From: a virus
Virus record (IMG/VR): IMGVR_UViG_3300031949_000022
Location: 1-64,000 of that record
DNA length: 64,000 nt
Strand: one strand, 5' to 3'
Shown: positions 58,364 to 64,000 of the stretch, piece after piece
How the letters are laid out: each line of letters opens with the position of its first letter
How positions within the stretch are numbered: the first letter of the stretch is position 1
Notes under the pieces: generated by a model
What the model saw: the letters and a program-made list of their open reading frames with translations, nothing else
What the model was told of the DNA's origin: nothing
Databases searched by the model: none
Translations under genes and position numbers: made by a program

Positions 58364-59094
58364 GCCGTCACCTTCGACAGGTCTTCGGCTAGCCGCTCCA
58401 GCTCAAAACCTGGGGGACTCTGGCCATTGGCCAACATGTCCTCGGAGAGTAGCGCGTACGCCTCGTCCGGGCACGTGTACCACCAGTCCCACGTCACGCG
58501 CTGGTGACGACCCCAGGTGATGACCGATAGACCATCCCGGTCAACGTCCGTGACGAACATGGCGTGGCCGCCGGCTTCGGACTCTCCGATCGGTGGTGCG
58601 TCCCAAACAGCTGACGTCCAGATGTCGTCGTACAGAGTGGCCCCGAAGTAGAGACCACCGAACAGCCAACACGCGGCCCGTACCATGCCGACGTGCCTTG
58701 GATTGACGGCGACGTACGCTCTGACGGTGTGCCCCTCGAGCCCCGTCGCCCGGAGGTACCGGCATCCGTCGAGCATGTAGGCCCCGCGATCCGAACTTGG
58801 GTCCGCGGGGTCGTACCCTGAAATCGCACTGTACATGGAGACGACAGAGGCGTCCGTCACGGTAACTGCCTGTGCTGCACCGAGCGCATTGCCGGTCCAC
58901 GACTGGATGGCATGCCCCGCCGCTGCCGCTACGCAGTCGCCGAGGGCATCATTGCGCATCATGCCGAGTTCTCGGGGGCACCACTTCGACCACGCGAACC
59001 CTCCGGGGACGACCGGAAGACGTGCGGTGACGAGGTAGTTCTCGAGCTTCAGCGTTCGAGGGTCCAGTTTCGGGGGTAGCTTGCCAAGTTTCAC
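58360..59094 (-). CDS. papain-like cysteine peptidase candidate (second lysin)
   Basis: NDALGDCVAAAAGHAIQSW (Cys) and EAGGHAMFV (His); adjacent to the muramidase. Confidence 0.55.
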   Translation of the reverse strand: MKLGKLPPKLDPRTLKLENYLVTARLPVVPGGFAWSKWCPRELGMMRNDALGDCVAAAAGHAIQSWTGNALGAAQAVTVTDASVVSMYSAISGYDPADPSSDRGAYMLDGCRYLRATGLEGHTVRAYVAVNPRHVGMVRAACWLFGGLYFGATLYDDIWTSAVWDAPPIGESEAGGHAMFVTDVDRDGLSVITWGRHQRVTWDWWYTCPDEAYALLSEDMLANGQSPPGFELERLAEDLSKVTA

Positions 59095-59097
59095 GGG

Positions 59098-59487
59098 TCA
59101 GAGCCCTCCGCAAATGACCGAGCCGCACGATCTGGCAGACTCCTGGTCTCTCGAGTTGATGACGCACGACAAGTCGAGCGACGCCCGCGGACCGAGCGCC
59201 AAAACGGCGTTGGTCTCCGTGACGCACTGGTCGACCGAAATGCCCTCTGGGCACCCGATGTCGTGCAGGCGCCAGCAGAACGAGACCACCGGGTCAGCGG
59301 GCACACCCCCGGTCCCCGGGACCCCCCCGGTGGGAGGAAGCGCCCCGCCCGTGCCTGATGTCCCGCCGGTGGCGTCAGGCTGCCCTCCAGTCGCGGGCGG
59401 CGGCTCGGGGGGGACAGGGTCGGGGCGCTCGCAGCTCGGGGCTGGAAGGAGCGCCACGAGGGCGAGGATGGCCAGGTAGCGGGTCAT
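59098..59487 (-). CDS. Pro/Gly-rich lipoprotein (o-spanin-like)
   Basis: Signal MTRYLAILALVALLPAPSC then PDPVPPEPPPATGG..; six further Cys. Confidence 0.6.
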   Translation of the reverse strand: MTRYLAILALVALLPAPSCERPDPVPPEPPPATGGQPDATGGTSGTGGALPPTGGVPGTGGVPADPVVSFCWRLHDIGCPEGISVDQCVTETNAVLALGPRASLDLSCVINSRDQESARSCGSVICGGL

Positions 59488-59675
59488 AGCATAGCCCTCA
59501 CAGCGGCATCCTTCCCCTCGAGCAACTTCCGCAATGCGGCCGTGCGCTCCTCGGATGCTGGCGCGGTAAATACTACGTGGTCAGCGAGCTCGCAGAAGTG
59601 GCGACTCATCTCACGAAGATCGCCTTCTGGCAGGTGGTCATAGGCAAAAAATCTGATGATCGGTTCATCGTTCAT
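59484..59675 (-). CDS. conserved hypothetical 63-aa protein
   Basis: ATG 59675 in ATGA overlap; FFAYDHLPEGDLREMSRHFCELA...ALRKLLEGKDAAVRA. Confidence 0.5.
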   Translation of the reverse strand: MNDEPIIRFFAYDHLPEGDLREMSRHFCELADHVVFTAPASEERTAALRKLLEGKDAAVRAML

Positions 59676-60346
59676 GGATTGCACTCCCGCACCCACGCCG
59701 ACTCGGCCTCGCTCGACAGGTACTCAGCCGTCACCGCGGTGGCGCCCATGACGCCCGCGCCGATGGCCAGACCGAGCTCGGCGCGCTCGTTGTCGACCGG
59801 CCAGGTAGCGATGCCGGAAGCGCCCGCTAGGAAAGCGGACCCCTTCGCGACGCCGCCCAGCCACCGGTGCTGATCGTCGAGCGACCGGCACCGCTCCGTC
59901 TGGGGTGGCGCGGAGGCTCGAGCTTGCGGGTTGAGACCGGCAAGACGACTTTCCTCGAACGAACCAGCGCAGCCGCTCACGAGCAGAAGCAGCGTGGCAG
60001 CCACGACAGTGCCAGCAACCTTCGATGCCGGGACCGCTTTCTTGACCAGATGGTAGACGCCCGTCGCTTCCACGCCAGCCCAGAATGCCGCGGCAAGCTC
60101 CGACGCATCGATGCCGTCAGACGCGAACCCCGCCACTACGATCGGGCCTCCGGCGAGGACGAACGGAACGATGGGCTGTGCGAGTCGCGGCCACGTCGTG
60201 ATGTCGCACCATGCCGGCAGGAGAGCCCACAGTGTTGGGGCCTCGGACTTCGAGAGCACGCGGGCCGCGAACAAGAGAGCGACGGTTGCCAGCACAACGT
60301 AGTGCTGGACGCCTGGGGAGTTGAGAAATTCGAGCACTTGGTTCAT
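59672..60346 (-). CDS. polytopic membrane protein with an internal lipoprotein-type signal (holin and/or unimolecular-spanin-like)
   Basis: N-terminal TM segments; residues ~101-126 VKKAVPASKVAGTVVAATLLLLVSGC form an n-h-lipobox arrangement; weak C-terminal TM. Confidence 0.5.
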   Translation of the reverse strand: MNQVLEFLNSPGVQHYVVLATVALLFAARVLSKSEAPTLWALLPAWCDITTWPRLAQPIVPFVLAGGPIVVAGFASDGIDASELAAAFWAGVEATGVYHLVKKAVPASKVAGTVVAATLLLLVSGCAGSFEESRLAGLNPQARASAPPQTERCRSLDDQHRWLGGVAKGSAFLAGASGIATWPVDNERAELGLAIGAGVMGATAVTAEYLSSEAESAWVRECNP

Positions 60347-60349
60347 CGG

Positions 60350-60595
60350 TCAATCTTCCTGGCGGTCACCCGCCTCGAGTTGTGAGTGCAGCACGACCCC
60401 GCCACCGATCGCGACGGTCCCGCCCACGATCATGCAGGCGCCGAGCTCGAATTGGCGGTGCTTGGTCTGGCCGTTGGCGATTCCGCACGCGACCGAAGCG
60501 GTAGCGCCTGCGACGACCATGGCTAGTGCGGCGTCACGCTGCGCGGAGGGGCCGCAAGAAGCGAGGAGAAGAGCGAGTGCAACGAGGCGGGTCAT
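60350..60595 (-). CDS. small lipoprotein with two hydrophobic segments
   Basis: MTRLVALALLLASCG lipobox; AALAMVVAGATASVACGIA and LGACMIVGGTVAIGGGVVL. Confidence 0.5.
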   Translation of the reverse strand: MTRLVALALLLASCGPSAQRDAALAMVVAGATASVACGIANGQTKHRQFELGACMIVGGTVAIGGGVVLHSQLEAGDRQED

Positions 60596-60604
60596 GTGTC
60601 CAGC

Positions 60605-62176
60605 TTATGGCCCGAGGCCATACAATACCACATCCAGCTTAGCGACAACGCGCGCAGTGTGGGCACCAGGGTTCGTCACCGTGAGTAACGCTCCGTCCTC
60701 CGATACAGTCCACACCGCCGTCGGGGCTCCAAAGCCCGTATCCGCGACCTGTGGGTCACCGTCCGCAAACGCTTCCGTGTCGGAATTGACGGGGTTGACG
60801 GAATTGATATGCGGAACGAACGCCGCTCCTTCGCCCTCCGGATTCTCTACCACGCACCTTGCAGCGAGACGTCCAACGGTCTCAAGATGTGGCGCACCGC
60901 TTACTTGCGACAAGAACACTTCAGCGCTAAGACGCGCTGCCTGGTCAATGGGTATCGGCACGGTCACTACGAACAACCCGCCGCTGCTCGCTGCGGACCC
61001 TGCCGACACTTGTCCTGGTAGCTCCGTGATGCCGGCCTTGCTGAAGATGTTTGCGGGGAGTAGTGTGGGCGAGTTCTCAATGAGAATCCTGCCGACAGTC
61101 GAATCAGCGCTGATGTAGTTCGACCTGGCCGGTGGCGTCGGCGGCAGTACAAGGTAGCGGATGTGCACGAAGTCAATGCCGGACATGAGCAACGTCGGTG
61201 CCGCCGACGAGCCAAGGTTGGCAGATCCTCCCGAAAGGGATTCTATGTTGACGGAATTGATGTACTGTAAGTTCATGCCCGCAATCTGCGGCGGCTGAAC
61301 CGGAGCGTTACACATGACATTCCGCACTACAAGAGATCGCAACGGATACTCCTCCTGCCCCATCACGCTGACGGGCACGTGTGCACCCTCGTCGAACCAA
61401 CTGTCTACGATCGTCACCATCACATCGCCGCCATTTAGATGATCCCCGACCACCTTGAGCCACCCACTATTCCCCGCGTACTGCACGCCGCTGCTCACCC
61501 CGTTCAGGAATCCGACATCATACGAGACGCATGAGCCATAATGTACGTGCAGACACCCCTGAATTGTCACCACTGCCCAGCTGTCCGTCTGCGACGAGCA
61601 ACAGATCGTAGCACAGTCGTTCACGTGTACGTTCGTACAATAGACGCAATAGAGTACGGAGTGCTGGGACTGCACGTTAAAGATCCGCACGCGCTCAATC
61701 ACAGCTAGCTGCGCGATATAGGCAAGCTCAAAGCCGTAGTTACAGCTGTTACCTGCCGAAATTCCCTGTACCGTGAAGTCGGCAAGCCGTACGCATTGCA
61801 GGTTACCCATCACCGGGGGGTCGAAGCCGTCCAACTGCAGGATAGTCGCGTCGCGTCCAGCTCCGATGAGCTCACACGTAGTTGTGAGGCCGGCAAAGTT
61901 CCAGGTCGTGTTGACGGGCGCCGAGTTCTGCACGTAGAGGCCGGGCGGGATAAAGAGCCGCGTAGCGCTCTTGGTCCCAGGGGACGCCTCTGCAAGCGCG
62001 GACATGAGAGCGTAGGCCTTGTCCCAAGCTGGAGCAATGTCCGTTGATCCCGTAGGATCGGCGCCGCAATCGGCCACGAAGTCGAGATATCCAGTCGATG
62101 CCCACAACACGACAGTTGGCGTTATGGCTGGCACTGATCGGAGGGTGGTGAGCTGTGCGCCAGGTGTCAGTGTCAT
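60605..62176 (-). CDS. tailspike with right-handed beta-helix (pectate-lyase-like) domain, probable polysaccharide depolymerase
   Basis: Start moved to ATG 62176; DFVADCGADPTGSTDIAPAWDKAYA matches DFGAkGDG..DdT.Aiq.A; many Cys/Asn/Val-rich helix turns; lower G+C than the rest. Confidence 0.65.
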   Translation of the reverse strand: MTLTPGAQLTTLRSVPAITPTVVLWASTGYLDFVADCGADPTGSTDIAPAWDKAYALMSALAEASPGTKSATRLFIPPGLYVQNSAPVNTTWNFAGLTTTCELIGAGRDATILQLDGFDPPVMGNLQCVRLADFTVQGISAGNSCNYGFELAYIAQLAVIERVRIFNVQSQHSVLYCVYCTNVHVNDCATICCSSQTDSWAVVTIQGCLHVHYGSCVSYDVGFLNGVSSGVQYAGNSGWLKVVGDHLNGGDVMVTIVDSWFDEGAHVPVSVMGQEEYPLRSLVVRNVMCNAPVQPPQIAGMNLQYINSVNIESLSGGSANLGSSAAPTLLMSGIDFVHIRYLVLPPTPPARSNYISADSTVGRILIENSPTLLPANIFSKAGITELPGQVSAGSAASSGGLFVVTVPIPIDQAARLSAEVFLSQVSGAPHLETVGRLAARCVVENPEGEGAAFVPHINSVNPVNSDTEAFADGDPQVADTGFGAPTAVWTVSEDGALLTVTNPGAHTARVVAKLDVVLYGLGP

Positions 62177-62255
62177 ATCAAACTCCTTATGCTGATATTG
62201 TGGTGTACCAATGCCGATTCCGATTCCGATTCGCACCTGTCGTCTTGCTTTCCGA

Positions 62256-63830
62256 CTATGCTGTTAAGCCCCATCGTGCGGCCATGGTCTGGAGGGCGAG
62301 GCGGAGAACTTCATACCTATCAGCAGCCGTAACCCCCGGTACCTGTCCCGCCATAACCACAAGCGCAGACTGTATTTGATTGGGTGTAGTTTGAGAATCG
62401 TACCCCCACGTGAATGCTGTCATAGCTGCGGACCCTAGATTCGCCAATATTACGGTGGAAACGAGTGACATAACACCGGCGACAGGCAACCACAGTTCAC
62501 GAGATCTGTCCGTATTGCAGATTAGAGCGAAGGGGACTGGCGTCGCTATAGATGCTGCCAATGCGCCATAGTTTCCAGTAGAAAACCCCCCCCCATCGTG
62601 CCGCGTATATGACAATTGGGCGCCGTTGATAACCAGCGGCTGGTCGTATCCTCCCGTTGCGTCATTCCTCCAACGACAGGGGGCTAGATAATCTCCACTA
62701 CCGCCTGTAATACCAAAAAGTGCGAAAGCCGGGTCATCTCCGCTAGCTACTGCTAATACATCGGCGTTTAACGATGTGAGGTAAGACACTCGCCCCGTTT
62801 CACGCAAAGGCACCGGCAAACCATTGAGCGTTTCAAGCGTGTCCTGAAACAGCGGCTGTTGCGTGATGTCGGCTTTCGTCAGATGCGCGTTACGCAACGC
62901 CCCCCCACCGCCCACGCGACTAAGGTCGGCGATAGCGGAGAGGCGCTCTTGGCGGAACGTGCAGGACGCGACAGTGATACCGTCGGCCACGTTGCCAACA
63001 TACACGGCGGGCGTTGCGGTCGCATCGTCACCAAGCGCGGGCTCGAGCAACTCCACTCGACAATCCCGAGCAACAACTCGACGAAAGTACACCACGGCGC
63101 TGCCCACCGCAACCGATGCTGTGACGGTCGCTCCAGATTTGTTGCCAAGCGCGCCAGTCACCAGATTGACGTTTGCCCAGTCGGCGCCAGCCCAAACGCG
63201 CACCCACGCTTGAGCGCCTGTCATGGTTCCGGCTAGAGAGACGTCGCACCACGTGCCGACGTCATTGGTGGGGTTACTTTGGTAGCAGTAGTGACGGCTG
63301 TTTGAAACCGTCGCTTTGACTGCGTTGCCCGCAACGGTGACGGCCGCATTGCTATCCCACGTATTCAGATCTGCCGGAACGCTCGCGTCGCTCGGCGTCC
63401 ACGAGCCCACATACGTTTCCCACCAACCTGAGACGCCGCCAGATATGCTGTTCGGAGTGCAGACCACCGTGCACGCGAGCGTGGCCCGGGCCGTCGTGCC
63501 GCCGACTTCGCGGACGTAGAGGGAGAGCGAGCCGGCGTCGCCGCCTGCGGCCGTGACGTTTCCAGTACCGACTCCACCCGTGACCGTGATGGTTCCTCGG
63601 ATGTTCGCGAAGTCTGAGTCGAAGCTGCACTCGTACGTCTGGTCCATCGGGACGTAGAGCGACACCGCCGTAGCGACCCCGACAACGAATTCCGCTCCAG
63701 GAGCTGGAGACGTGATTGTGACGTTGTAGTTGCCGGTGCTCGTGATGACGCCAACGCCAATTCCTACCATGACCCGCATGAACGGAGCCCTCCAACTGAT
63801 GCTGTCGTAACGACGTGGATCGAAAGTCAT
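62256..63830 (-). CDS. tail fibre / receptor-binding protein
   Basis: 524 aa, Gly/Thr/Val/Ala-rich, upstream of the tailspike; lower G+C. Confidence 0.6.
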   Translation of the reverse strand: MTFDPRRYDSISWRAPFMRVMVGIGVGVITSTGNYNVTITSPAPGAEFVVGVATAVSLYVPMDQTYECSFDSDFANIRGTITVTGGVGTGNVTAAGGDAGSLSLYVREVGGTTARATLACTVVCTPNSISGGVSGWWETYVGSWTPSDASVPADLNTWDSNAAVTVAGNAVKATVSNSRHYCYQSNPTNDVGTWCDVSLAGTMTGAQAWVRVWAGADWANVNLVTGALGNKSGATVTASVAVGSAVVYFRRVVARDCRVELLEPALGDDATATPAVYVGNVADGITVASCTFRQERLSAIADLSRVGGGGALRNAHLTKADITQQPLFQDTLETLNGLPVPLRETGRVSYLTSLNADVLAVASGDDPAFALFGITGGSGDYLAPCRWRNDATGGYDQPLVINGAQLSYTRHDGGGFSTGNYGALAASIATPVPFALICNTDRSRELWLPVAGVMSLVSTVILANLGSAAMTAFTWGYDSQTTPNQIQSALVVMAGQVPGVTAADRYEVLRLALQTMAARWGLTA

Positions 63831-63839
63831 ATGTTTTGT

Positions 63840-64000
63840 TCAGCCAGCCGCTAGCGGCTGTGAGAGCACGACTCCCGTGTGCATCCAGATGGTGAGGCCA
63901 GCTGCCCTGCATCGCGCTGAGAAGGCCTGCTCATCCCGCTGTCCCATCACAGTGCTAGTCCAGAGAGCGTGGACCCTGCCGACGTCTGGCACCACGTAGT
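63840..64000 (-). CDS. 3' end of a second GT-A glycosyltransferase (paralogue of 12148..12780); gene starts beyond right edge
   Basis: Own translation ..YVVPDVGRVHALWTSTVMGQRDEQAFSARCRAAGLTIWMHTGVVLSQPLAAG*; aligns with GEDVAFCRRWTAIGGEIWMHMGVVLKH of the first GT. Confidence 0.5.
   Translation of the reverse strand, partial: YVVPDVGRVHALWTSTVMGQRDEQAFSARCRAAGLTIWMHTGVVLSQPLAAG

Noticed and set aside
62177-62236. N-terminal extension MRIGIGIGIGTPQYQHKEFD of the tailspike ORF, encoded partly by (CCGATT)3 at ~62210-62228
   Set aside because: A short hexamer repeat in the intergenic space creates the open frame. ATG 62176 (MTLTPGAQL) is the more plausible start. The repeat is too short to interpret.
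1-64000. Reverse transcriptase-based elements (retron, DGR), known multi-gene defence systems, tRNA/tmRNA genes
   Set aside because: No ORF shows RT (YxDD) motifs or a recognisable signature of the defence systems I know. No tRNA-like cloverleaf was spotted. Absence is by eye only and should be confirmed with tRNAscan-SE, DefenseFinder or PADLOC.

Overview
The whole 64-kb window reads as one G+C-rich (roughly two-thirds G+C by eye) temperate tailed-phage genome or prophage. I see no host housekeeping genes, rRNA, tRNA or CRISPR array. All function calls come from reading motifs and gene order by eye; no searches were run. Layout: (i) 42617->1 is an almost gap-free minus-strand gene array. It starts at a Cro-like gene and runs through early genes: HTH regulators, ParB-like, Xis-Int, Lar-like anti-restriction and nuclease genes, an orphan DNA methyltransferase, a replication initiator with internal iterons, and a DnaC-like loader. 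Next come a PAPS-reductase/ParB-nuclease pair, terS/terL, portal, MuF, scaffold, HK97-type capsid and head-tail genes. The array ends with a Mu-like contractile-tail module: sheath, tube, chaperone candidates, tape measure, DNA-circulation protein, gpD-like hub and gp45/V-like spike. (ii) 42710-43066 encodes a CI-like repressor flanked by two near-identical promoter/operator modules that appear to give leaderless mRNAs. (iii) 43296-55972 is a plus-strand early operon of about 35 mostly tiny ORFs, including a Cas4-like exonuclease, an annealase candidate and MazG. (iv) 64000->56009 carries minus-strand tail-fibre, beta-helix tailspike and lysis genes, which look like the late operon continuing across the window ends (circular or permuted map). 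Most interesting unexplained items: an ATGA-coupled ORF made of 36 uninterrupted Gly-X dipeptides on a hexanucleotide DNA array; the PAPS-reductase + ParB/Srx pair next to terminase, preceded by paralogous Arg/Gly-rich mini-proteins; two paralogous GT-A glycosyltransferases embedded in virion modules; a reverse-oriented two-gene moron inside the tail operon; a G+C-poor array of TGTCATG motifs; a CCHC zinc knuckle on the small terminase; and an integrase with a long C-terminal extension in an apparently unintegrated gene order.
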